DNA from: an uncultured Clostridia bacterium
GTDB lineage: Bacteria; Bacillota; Clostridia; Christensenellales; DTU072
Reading direction: 5' to 3'
Assembly: GCA_934274515.1 (NCBI GenBank)
Contig: CAKQTC010000005.1
Span: 77,193 to 141,192, forward strand
Length of the DNA: 64,000 bases
How positions within the stretch are numbered: position 1 is the first letter of the stretch; every line of letters starts with the position of its first letter. The position numbers were made by a program, and so were the translations under genes. The notes under the pieces were generated by a model. The model made no database searches and was not told where the DNA came from. It was given only the letters and a program-made list of their open reading frames with translations. Positions 7,735-19,700 of this stretch are shown here, one piece after another.

Positions 7735-10700
7735 TTATTCGTATAGGGCGTCGTCGCCGTTGTTTTCGTAAACGTTGGCGTTGTTGATGTCCGTTCTTAT
7801 CGGCGTTCCTACGGGCAGGTCAAGCGAAATTCCGTTATACTCGAACCGACATTTTCTTATCGTCAGGTCACCCGTCACGCTTGTTATCGCCGTACCTATA
7901 TTGTTGCCGAATTTAGTTTCGGAGATATTGACGTTGTTTCCGCTCGTCGAAATCACGATACCGTTATAGTTTCTTTCTATCGTGCTTTCTCTTACTTCGA
8001 GCGCGCCGCCGGCAAAGTTTATCGCCATACTCACGTTGTCTATCGTCGTTTTTTCAACGTATACGCTACCCTTGTAATTAATCGAGGTTTCCACTCCCGT
8101 AACGTTGTCCGTTTTGTTCCCCGATTTGGTAATTCTGCAATTATACATACTTACCGCGCCCGCTTCGTCGCCTATAAACAACGCGGAGTTGCCCGACGTG
8201 TCGCTTTCTATCGAGATTATCCTTAGTTCGACTATACCTTTAAGCACGCGTATACCTTTAATCTTCGTTTCGATTTGCCTTACGTCTATTCCGCTTTCGC
8301 TTATGCCGCCGTTCTTCGTATAACCTACTATTTTAAGCCTTACCGCTTTATCGATAACTATCGGGTCGTACGCCGCGACGTTGCCTTCCGCGTCGATAAG
8401 CGACGACAGGTACACTATCTTATAATCACCGTCTTTAAGGTTGGCGATATATTCTTGCAGTTCCGCGTTGCTCGCTACTCCGTCCGAACCGTCTTCGCCT
8501 TCGACTTTGTATATGCCTGCCGCCTTAACGCCGTCGACAAACTCGTGCGTTCTCACAAAGATATTATAGTTCCCAAACAAGTCTATTACCGCCGCGTTTC
8601 CCTCCGCGTCTTTGTACAGGCTTCCTTCTTTGTCATAACTCTTCAACGCGAGTTTCGAGTAAATATACCCGTTAAACCCGTATTGCGCGCTGTCAAGTTC
8701 GGTATACGTCGTCGTCGCCGTCGATGAAGACGCAAGTCCGTCGATAAACGTATAATATGTTCCTACCTTGAAGTAACTGCCGAAAGTTATACCTTCCGCG
8801 TCCGCTGCCGACAGCCTAAGTATGCCTAAATCCGCAAGTTTATCTCCGCCGAGCAGTATGCCTTCTTCTTGTTCGTTTCCGTCTTCGTCGTAAACTTTAA
8901 CGTATTCCGATAAATTCGCGACGTCGGACAGATATTTCTTGTTGATATCCGCAATATCGATAAACACTTTTGCGGCGGATATTCCTATCGGTTGGTCGTT
9001 TATCTTTCCGTCGGGGTAGTTGTTCCCCCCGTCTATTTCGACCGAGCAGATATACGCGCCCGCGTTCTTTATTCCGCTCGTCGGGTTGGTAACGGAGGTG
9101 TTCGCGCTGTCTACGGTAATCTTGTTCACGACGTTACCCGATACGTCCTTAACACCCTCTACCACGACGACGAGAAGTTTTCCGTTTATAACGTACCTAT
9201 ACGTCACTTTAACGCCGAACGGAACCGTTCCGTCTTTGTGCAAATCGCTTATTTCCGGGTTCTGCACCCTGCCGTTGTAGACAAGATTTGCGGTAGCAAA
9301 CGCGTACCTTATGTTTTCGTCGCGTTCTATCCTTAAAGTAACGTTCTTGCTCTTTTCTCCCTCGACGTAGTTCGCGTTGTCTTTATCGAGATTAACCTTA
9401 ACGGTGTAGTTTCCGCAATCGGTAGGAACGTAATCGAGTTGCTCCGTTCCGTAATAATACGTAAACCGAACTTGAATTTCCACAAGCGTTATTCCGGCGT
9501 CCATCTTGCTGTCGTATATCCACGCCTTAATCTTTATGTCTTGCTCTCTGCCGACTCTGTCGTAACCGAACGTCGCCTTGCCTTCTCTGTACCAGGCGTC
9601 GAGCGCGTCTTTCGTTCTGTCCGCCACCCTGTTGTAGATAACGCCGTAAACTTCCGCTTTCGCCTCTTCTTCCGTCATTCCGTCTTTGACGTAGTTGTTA
9701 TACAACCGCGACTTCTCGCCGGGCGCAAACCAACCTGCCGGCGTAAACGCAGGCAATCCTTCGGCTACCGTAAACACGTTCGACGCGCCGTAAACGACGT
9801 TAATCGCCCCGTTCGCGTCTTCTCCGACAAACTTAACTTTGGACATATCCACTACGTACGGCTTTATGGTAAGCGTAAACAGTTTGTCGTTGTCGTATTC
9901 GATATAAACGTTGTAATCGTCCGCTCTTAACCGTACTCTTATATAGTACGTCCCCGCGTCAAGCGGTAGTTGCTCGCTCGACCATGCGTCCGCGCCCTCT
10001 TTCATATACTCTACGACGTAGTTCTCCGCAGGTATAACCGCGTGCGTTCCGTCTTCTCTAAGGAACGCCATGTCGTCTGCTTCGGCGTTAAACGGAAGTT
10101 CGTAGTATTGCGCGTTATACTCTTTTTCGAGCGTCGTGCCTTCGTTTTTCGTTCCGTCCGCTTTGGTAAACCCGATTATATGGTCGGTTATGTTTATCTT
10201 TTCGATGTAAACGCGAAGTCTGACAGACTGCCATATACCGTTCTTTATCATATAATAACCGAGTATTTCCGCTCCGTCGTTCGTCGTAGCGTGGTTCGGC
10301 ACTTCCACGTTCGCCCTGTTGACGTTTAGTCCTGCCAAATCCCAGTCGAGTTTGATTTCCTTGCCCGTTATTCTATCCCTTATCGTCGGCAGGTCGCTTG
10401 CTTTCATCGGCGTGCCTATCTTCCAGTAAATCGCGTCTACGTAATCGGGCGAAGTTTTGCTCTTCGACGTCCACTTCCATTTCTTGCCGGTCGCGTCGGT
10501 GACGAACTCAACGTCGCTTACGTCGCTCCTTTCGTAACTTTCCATCGGCATCGTGAAGTACAGTCCGCGTTTTCTCGTTCCGTTTGCGTCGTAAGCAAGT
10601 TTCGCGTCCGCTTCCTTGTCTATTCCGTAAGTTGCGTAAACGGTAACCGTCGAACCGATAAAATCGTACTGCAACGCGTCGCTTTCCGCGTTAAACGCCG

Positions 10701-13700
10701 CTTTTTCGCCGTCGCTATCCACAAACAGGAACGTATCTCCCATCGCCGCCGGCGATTCTCCCGTACCCGTCGCTTTCTTGCTCCCGTCGCTCGGTATGCT
10801 GTAATAATCGTAGTAAACGAAGTTGTTGTATCCGCCGTCGTACTCGGCATAGTTTTTAAGGTCGATAAGCCTTAAATTAAACTTCACGTTCGCTTCGATA
10901 CCCGCAGTAACGGACGTGCTTCCGATGACCGCCTTGACTTGCTGTATTCCCGTTTCCGTTTTGCTTATCTTGTTTGCGTCTTTAAGCGCAACGGGAACTT
11001 TTTGCCAATTAGGTTTACCCTCTTCTTCTTTGGCAAAGTTAAAGTACATTTCGCCGTAGTTACGTTTGAACTGCGTTCCGTAATCGCCGCCGTCGCGCAT
11101 AAGATAAATCGTTCCGCCGTCAAGCATTTCGCCTATCGGTACGGTTATTTCCATCGCTTTGAACTTAACCTTTATCTCGTATCCGAGGTAATAGAAACTC
11201 GCGTCAAACTTGTAATCCGTGGCTGCGCCCCTTCGAATGTTGTTGAGTTTGGTCAAATCCGGCGCCCAGTCGCTTTGCGTAAGTTCTATGTTCTTACTGC
11301 CGTTCGCAAGCGTAAGTTGCAATTTTTCCGGATATTCGGGATAGTACGGGTTGATTTCCAACGAGTGAGAAGTTGCGTCCGCCGAACTCGACGACGTCGC
11401 TTCCGCTATCGTGTTGTTCGTGTCGCTGTCCGATATTCCCTGCAACGATTGATTTTCGATAACGAGAACGGTGTTCCAGTCAATCATATCGTCTTTGGAC
11501 AGTTCGTATTTGTCCTTCCTCTTCTCTTCGCCCGTATCCTTGTCGTAGGTAGTCATCGTAACCGAGAATTTAGCGTAATCGTACTCTATCTTACGCGTGT
11601 TGCCGTTACCGTCAACGTAACGGTATTCGAGTACTCTCATATCTATTCCCTTGTTATCCGTACCGCTAAGCCCGAATTTGACTTTGCTCATATCCCACAC
11701 TACGTCGGTGAATTCTATCTTTTCGCCTTCGCCGCACTTAACCGTCATCGCAGTCGGCATAGCATAACTCTTTTTCTCGCTAAGCACCAGGTTAACGTTC
11801 GTCGGGTCGACGTAAATAACGTTTTTACCGCTAGTCGCGTTACCCGTCGTTTCGTCGTATTGCGAATACTTATTGACAAACTCGCCGCTCGTTTCGGGTT
11901 TCGCTCTTCCTTTAATGTACGCGCCCGTTTCGAGATAAACTTTCTGTACGTTTCTGTCAAGATACCCTACTCTTATATCGCCCTGTTTTTGGTAAACCGT
12001 TCCGCGCGCTTCTCTTACTTTTATGACGTACGCGTCGTCCGTTTCTGCCTTGATACCTTTATAAACGAGTTTATTGAACTCCTGCGAATACTCCGTAATG
12101 TCCACCTTTCCGAGTTTTATTCCCGCCGCATAGTCGATTGCCGCGCCCGTCTTAACGTAACCTATCGCGTACGCCTTGTCGGGAAGTTCGGGCGCAAGCG
12201 CGTCCAACATAAGAAGATTCTTCTTCTCGTTCGTTTCCATTGCCTTTGCGTACTTCGTCATATCGGTATAATCTATTACCGTATCGCCTTTATCGTCCAC
12301 TCTCGTAGGCTCGTTGTACGGGTTGCTTTCGTCTGCGTCGAAGTATAAATCTATTTCCGTAAAGTCGGACAGCGTATATTTAAGCCCCGTCGCTTTTAGC
12401 GCGTTTGCGTACCCGTAACCGCCGCTTACGTCTACTATTCTGTAAGTTTTACCGTCGTTCGCGATAAACACGTTGCAGTTGTCGTAATACGGATTGTTCC
12501 CTTCTGACCCGGTCGGATTGTCTTCGTTCCATTTCAAACGGTCGAAGTAAACGACGTGCACGTATCCTTTTTCCGCGTGGTCTTCGCTTACAAAATCTCT
12601 TACTTCGACTATTCTCGTTTCCGTCATCAGTTCGAGCGCTAAGGAATAATCGCCATTCGCCTTTTCGAGATATTTGCCGAACGACAACATTCCGAACTCG
12701 TCTTCGCGTTCGAGATCGGTACGCGATATGCCGTAAAGGTTCTTGCCCGTTACTTTAACGTAAATCTTGTCCGCGTAATCGTGCAAAGGATTGCTTGCAA
12801 GTAAATCGTCGGAATGAGAATACTCTTCCGCACCGTAAACCGACGTGTATTCGACGTAATTAACCGCTTTTTCGAGATACCCTAGATAGAACTTTTCCCT
12901 TTCGGCTATCTCTTCTTCGGTAATTTCGCCCGTCTTTATCACGCCGCTTGCCTTGATAAGCACGTTTGCCATAACGTCAACGAGTTGCGACAGCGTCGTG
13001 CTTCCGACAACCGTTCCCGTTCCTGTATATTCGCATAACCGTTTCGCGTCGTTAAGCGCAAGTTCGGTGACGACGGTATTGAGCCTTGCCGCGGCAAGCG
13101 TAAGCGCGTGTCCTTTTTGGTTAAGCAAATCGCCGTCAAGCATAAGCCCGACGATAAACGCCTTATATTCGTCTTCGTTGCCCGCGCTGTAATAATCCGC
13201 AGGAACTTTGCTTTCCTCGTCGTCTTTATCTTGCAGGAACAAATAGATGCTAGTCGTCATCGTCGCGTAAGCGACTTCCGCGCTAAGCGCGCTCGTAAGC
13301 GCACCGCCGGCAAGCGCGTTCGCCTGATAATACGCCTGTCTGTAAATCTGCTCTATAAACGCGCGTTCTTCTTCTCCGAGAACACCGTAAATCGACGCCG
13401 CGGCGGTACCCGCTTTCCACCAATCGGCAAGACGGTTGACTATCCTGCGGGCTTCGCCCGTCGGGTCAACGGCTTGCCCCGCCGCGTACTCGTTCAACGT
13501 GTTTCCTATCATTCCGTCCGCACCGTTAAGGTTGGTTCCGAACAATTCCGCCGCCGCGTTGTCGCTCGTCGCGCCGTTATTGATAAACGCATAGAGTTTG
13601 TACGCAAATTCGCTCGCGGTAAGCGAGAATAACGTTATTTTGTCGTACGTCTTAGCATAAAGCGCGGTCTTAATCGCAAGATTTATCGCATTCTTCGCCG

Positions 13701-16700
13701 CAGACAACTTATCGCTTAACATCGCTTGCTCCGCTTCGTCGAACTTTCTTTTGTCAAACTCTTGCTTGCCCGAGCCTTCAGCCGCTTCTTTCGTCTTTGT
13801 CGCCATTATCTCTTCGAGCGTGGCCCTGTAAACGTAGTTTCCGCTTTCGGATTTAACTTCGCACATACGGTCGTATGCGTACGTCTTGGCGTCAGAATAA
13901 AGCGCGTTCTTTACGGTCGCGTTATATGCGGCGTTGTATTTGATACAATTATTTTCCGCGGTCGCGAGCATTTGCGCACGTATTTTTACCGTGGCGACTT
14001 CTTTTGCCGAATCGAGCGTTCCGCCTTCCAGCGGAGTTCCTTCCGCTTTGCCCGAAAGCACGTTCATCAACCCTGTAAGCCTTGAAATTTCGGCGTTAAA
14101 CGCCGCGTTCTTTTCAATTTGCGACGTTTGCGTCGATTGAATATTCTTCTTCGCCGCTCCGCGCGCCTCTTCGAGCCACTCCGCGTAGTATCTCTCTTTT
14201 ATTTTTTCGACTTCGCCTCTATCGAAATCGTCGCGTTCGTTAAGCGCGTCGTATATCTTAACTCCGAGTTCCGCACCGAGATTGTTTGTCGCCGCCAAAG
14301 CGATAAACTCCGTTTCCGCGTCGCCGCCGTTTATCCTGCGTCCGGTAAACGTCGCTACGACTTCTTCTATCGTCGCTCTGCTCGTCGCGTCCGCGCTCGC
14401 GCAATACTTCGCTATCGAGCGTAGCAACGTATCTTTCATATACGTTTCCGCTATCGCGTTCTTCGCCGTTTCTCCGTACGCAAGCCCTTTCTTTTCAAGT
14501 ATCTTGTCAAGTTCTTCTTTGAGATACGGCACGTCGTGATAATCGTCCGTATAATCGTTTATCGTAAGATACCCTTTCCCTTCGAAATACCCGGCGTAAT
14601 AGTTTTTCGAAATATAACCTATGCCGGTAACCGAAGAATCGCTTTGCTTCTTGCTCTCGTCGTAGTTGGCTTGAATTGCGTCGAGCAGTTCTTTCGATTT
14701 CTTATGTTCGTTTTCCGCGACGTATTCGTCAACGAACGTTTCGTACGCCTTACCGTCCGTCGTGCCGACTTCGATTGCCTTGTTTACGAGCGCACAGAAC
14801 GCAAAGTACGCCAAATTGTTTTGGTTTTGGTTTTCTTTGTCGTAGAAACTAACCAACGCGGCTGTTATCTCTTTGCCTTGCTCTCCGTTCTTTTCTAGCG
14901 CGGAGAACAACCTTTCCATCGCGTCGTTGCCGGCAACGTAACTCGATTCCTTTTCAAACACGGAATAGTAATTGTCCTTATCCTGTTGACTTGCTCTCGA
15001 ATAAAGCGTGTCGTAAAGTTTCATTCTCTTCATCGCGACGGTTATTTCTCTTTCCGTCATTCCGATTGCAGAACTCTTGCTCTTTATCGCGTCGAGATAA
15101 GTTTGGTTCGGCTCGGCATAATAAAGCAGACAGTTTACCGTCGGCAACCCGTTTTCTATCGTTTCTATGCTCGTCGCGGCATATCCGACGCCCGTCGGGT
15201 TCTTCATCATTACGTCGTACGGCGATGTTTTACCTTTTGCGTAACGCGTAAGGAAAGTAAAATACGTTTCCGCCGCTATGCGCAGTTCGGGGTTCTCGCT
15301 CTGTTTCGACAAATACGCGACTATCGCTTTCTTCTGCCGTTTGGTCGAGTGCCTGTCGCACAAATCCGTAAACGCTTCGTTGCTTTGTCCGAACGTCGCT
15401 TCGAGCAGGTCGTACATAACGTCGGTAACCGTAGCGGGATAGGAATACGAGAACAATACGGCGTATCCGACTTCCGGCTCATCGCTTCCCGCTTCGCTCG
15501 CCGCCGCGCGCGCCGCTTTTTTCATTCCTTCGTCCGCCGACGTGGTGACGAGCAACGTGTTTGCCAGCGTCGTCGCTCTCTTTTCTTTTTCCGTGTTTTC
15601 GTATACCTCTTCGAGTTTGCTTACGCTTACGTCGCTTTCTACGAGATACTCGGCTAGGTCGCGTACCGCCTTGTTTCTGCCTTTCTCTTCTTCGACGTCG
15701 TTGTTTTTCTCGATATACGCAAGTTTGTTAAGCGCGATTTCACGGAACGCTTCGAAACGGAACTTCGCTTTTACGGTCGTCCATATCTCTTCGGTGACTT
15801 CGTATTCGTGGTCAGTGGCGTAAATCGCGTTGAGTCCGAGTTTAACGTATGCGTCGCCTATCGTTATTTTAAGTCCGTCGGCGACAAAAGTCGCGAGATA
15901 CCTTACCGCTTGACGGCGGTCTGCCTGTTTCTCGAAATCGAACTTTCCTCTTACGTCCGCGATTTTTCCGTCCGCAATCGAAAGTATGCTCACTTCCTTA
16001 AACGCGTCGGTTATCGCTTTCCATTCGGGTACGGAAACCCCGAAAGTCGCGTCTTCTTTTATGTCGTCGTAACCTTTATTCGTCAACACGCTCACGTTTC
16101 TGACGATAATGCTTATTGCCGCGTCGCGGTAATGCTTGATAAGGGCGTTCCAGAAATTCCGATACTCGTCCTTGTCGTTGCCCTTTATCCACATATCGTA
16201 ATCAAACGCTTTTCCGCCTTTGTTTTTTAACCCGTCGATTATATAATAGTTCCCGTCTTTGTCCGTTTTCTTCGGCGCAATCGCGTTTACTCTGTCTTTA
16301 ATCGCCTGAATTTCGTATTCACCGAGAACTTCGCTCTTCTTCTCTTCTCTGTAAGACGAACGAACCGCCTCTTCCGCTTCTTCGAGCATTCTCTTGTAAA
16401 TTTCGTCGTAACTGAGTTCAAACCGTACGGTAAACGTCTTGTCTATACTTTGGAAGTTAAACTTGTTAAACCTTATCGTCGTGCCGCCGCCCGTCACTTC
16501 TATGCTCGAATATTTGATTACGGGTATGCTTACGTCCGCTTCCGCTCTTTCCCCTTTCGTTCCTATATCGCTCAAAGAAGATACGTCCCTGCGGAAGAAA
16601 TCGCTCGCCATACTCTTACCGCTTCTTCCGTCGTCGTCCGTCGTTTGATACTCTTTTTCGTATCTACTCATCATCTCGCGTTCTACGGGGTTAGCCGCGA

Positions 16701-19700
16701 AATAAACTTCGTCCCAAAGCGCGGAATTCCTGTTGACGTAAAGCGACGCCATTATTGTCTTCTTCTTAGCGTCCAAAGCCGCTTTCTCCGCCGTGTTGAA
16801 CGCGCCTTCTTTGTTGTATATCTTTAAGAAATGCTCCGCTTTCGCTTTTTGGTTCGCGCTGATGTTTCCGCTGTTCTTAACGTCCGCCGCACGATACTCT
16901 TTTATGCACGCGGTCCACGCTTCGTATATGCGCACTCGTATGTCTTTGTCGCCGTTGGTTTCCGTCCACCGATCATAACTGTCCTTTGTCGCAAGATACG
17001 TCCTGTACGCAAGGTATTTCATATCTTCTTCCTTGTTTTTGTCGTACAGTTTTTGGTCTTCTTTATTGATAATCTGCAATATCGCGTCAATAACGGTCGT
17101 CGTCAACGCATATTTATCGTCTTCGCTAAGCGCGCTGCCCGCCGCTATCTCGTCGCTCGTGCCGGTCTTGTTGACCACTATCTTATACGTCGCGAAAATA
17201 ACTTCTTTTTCGAGTTCCGCCGCTTCGTTTTGTATTGCTCGTCTCGCAGCGTCGCTGTACGCGCTCGATATGCTCCCGTTCGCCAAGAACAATTCGTCCC
17301 ATAAAAGCGCGCTCGCAAGCCGTCCGTATTCGGCGTCTTTTTTGAGTTCGTAATACTTAAACAACGCCTTTATTCCCGTGTCGTGACTGTATAAATTACC
17401 GTCTATCGTGCCGACAAACCCTTTGTCCACAAGTTGCTCGAACAGCGTGTCCGGAACTCCGTCGCCGTCCGTGTCGTATTCGCTCGACCATAACATTTCG
17501 GGAACTATCGCGTGGTTCGTCGCAACGCCGTTTTCGTCCTTTCTGCTAAACTCGCCGCCCTCTTCGAGTACGAAGTCGTACGTTCCTTCGCCATACGTCC
17601 TTCTTCCTCCCGCGGAAAACTTCGCCGTGTACCTATCGTAATCGACGAACGCGTTTTCCCCGAAAAGTTGCGGTATGTCTTTGAGCATCGCCGCTATCGG
17701 GTCGATGAAATCGTAATTTACTTTGTACTCGTCTTTAAGTATCGCGCTCGTCCGCAAAGAACGGTTAAGCACTACCATAACGACGTCGAAATATTGCCGC
17801 TCGTCCCCTACGCTTACATATCCGCGTAAAGCGTACGTCTGCCCTTTGTAACTGTCCGTAGACGGGTTGAAATACGACCGCTTGTTCGTGTTGTTATCGT
17901 CAACCGCCGTATAGAACCGCGTAAACGAACTCGGCTTTTTGCCTTCCTTAAACTCTTCGAAATCTTCGTACGCCGATTTGCTGTAATTGTAATACTGCCA
18001 ACCGCTTATGCCGTACTCGACGTACACGCCCGCTTCGGTAGACGCAAACTCGAACGACGCTTTCGTCGGCAACGCAAACGTGGCGGAATTATACGGATCG
18101 ACGAAATAAACCGGCATTCTGCCTTCTTCGTTAAATCCGCTTCCCGAAAACGCGTACTTCGCATATGAATTGTAAGTCTTCTTTAACGGTCGGTTTTCAT
18201 TATAAATTATATTGCCGTTCGCGTCCCTTTCATAGTCGAAAGAACCGTCCGATAGGTATACCGAATTCGGTATTCGGGTGTCCGTAATATTACGTTTAAG
18301 GAATTTAATATTAATCCTTATCCCGTTGTTTTTGCCCATTTCTTCGGAATAACCTCTTACGTAAACTCTTAGATTAAGCCACGTCGGGTCGGGCGTATAG
18401 GCTAGGTCGAGTTTATGTCCGTTCTCGTTATACCCGATAGTGCGAATGTCTTTTTGATACGTCCCTTGGGCATTGAGCAAGCCGTACGAAACGTTGGAGA
18501 ACTTGAATTTTTGTCCTGCGTTAAACGATAGGGTGAGCGTCGAAGGCAGGGTCAACGTACCGTTATTGCCCATCGTGTTGTTGTACGGGTCGATGACAAT
18601 GGTGTTCAGAAGTTCGTCCTCGCCTTCGTTTTGATGCGCGATAACGGTGAAGTTTTCGTCCGCAATCGCGTAAAAACGCATAGGCGCAAGCACCAAACGC
18701 AGTTCGAGCGTTTGCGTAACCTTTTTCCTCGACGAATCGTAGTAACTGTCGAACGAGTAGGTTGCGATAAGCACGCCGTTTTCGTCCGTACCCTGTCGGA
18801 ATATTTTTTCGTCGAACGCCGTTCTCGAATTTCCTTCTTCGTCAAGGAAGTTCCATTTCACGGTGTAAATATCGGACCCGCCCGCTTGATAATTCTGCAC
18901 GTCCGCTATCATTTTTACAACGGTCGGTATCGCGGACAGATTGACGACGTATCTCTTTTCGTCCGTTGCCGCCGGGTCGTACGACAGGAACGTGTAGGTG
19001 TTGTCTACGTTGATTTTGCCTTCTTTTATGTCATAGGTAGAAGTTTGTCCCGAACCGTCAAAGAAAATCGAACGCACGTTCTTTTTGCGGAACTTCACGT
19101 TGTAATAGAACGTATTGTACGTTGCGTTTGCCCCTTCCATATCGGGCAAGACGTAACTAAACGTATAGTCTACGCCGTCTATTATGTTGATATATTCCGC
19201 CGGAATACTCGTCTTTGCCGCTCTGTCGTCCGAGAAATAGTCGCGATACGGCGTCCATTCTTTTACGGCATACGTCGAATTGTACGTCGAACCGTCTTCT
19301 TTTCTGAACCCTACGGTCACTTTTCCCGGCAGGTTATACCTTTCGGGATAAAGTTCGTTAAGGTCCTCGCCGAGCGCGTCTATATAATCTTCTCTTTGTT
19401 TGTCGTCCACCGTGGACTTGTCCGCCGCTACGATGACGAGAGTACGGTCGAGCGCCGAGCCTTCGCTGAACCGTTCGAGTATGATAAACCCGTAACCGAG
19501 AGTTCTTCCCGTTTCGTAATAAACGTCGCCGAATCCGAGAACGTTCTTATTAAAGTAAGCCGCGTCTTTCCCGCCGTAATTTATCGACGCGGACGCGTTT
19601 GCCACTATTGTTTTTCCGCTTGTAAATCTAAGTCTTACCGCACGGAACAGGTATTCGAAATAGTCGGACGGAGCCGCGTAAACGCCGCTCGATTCCCTGC

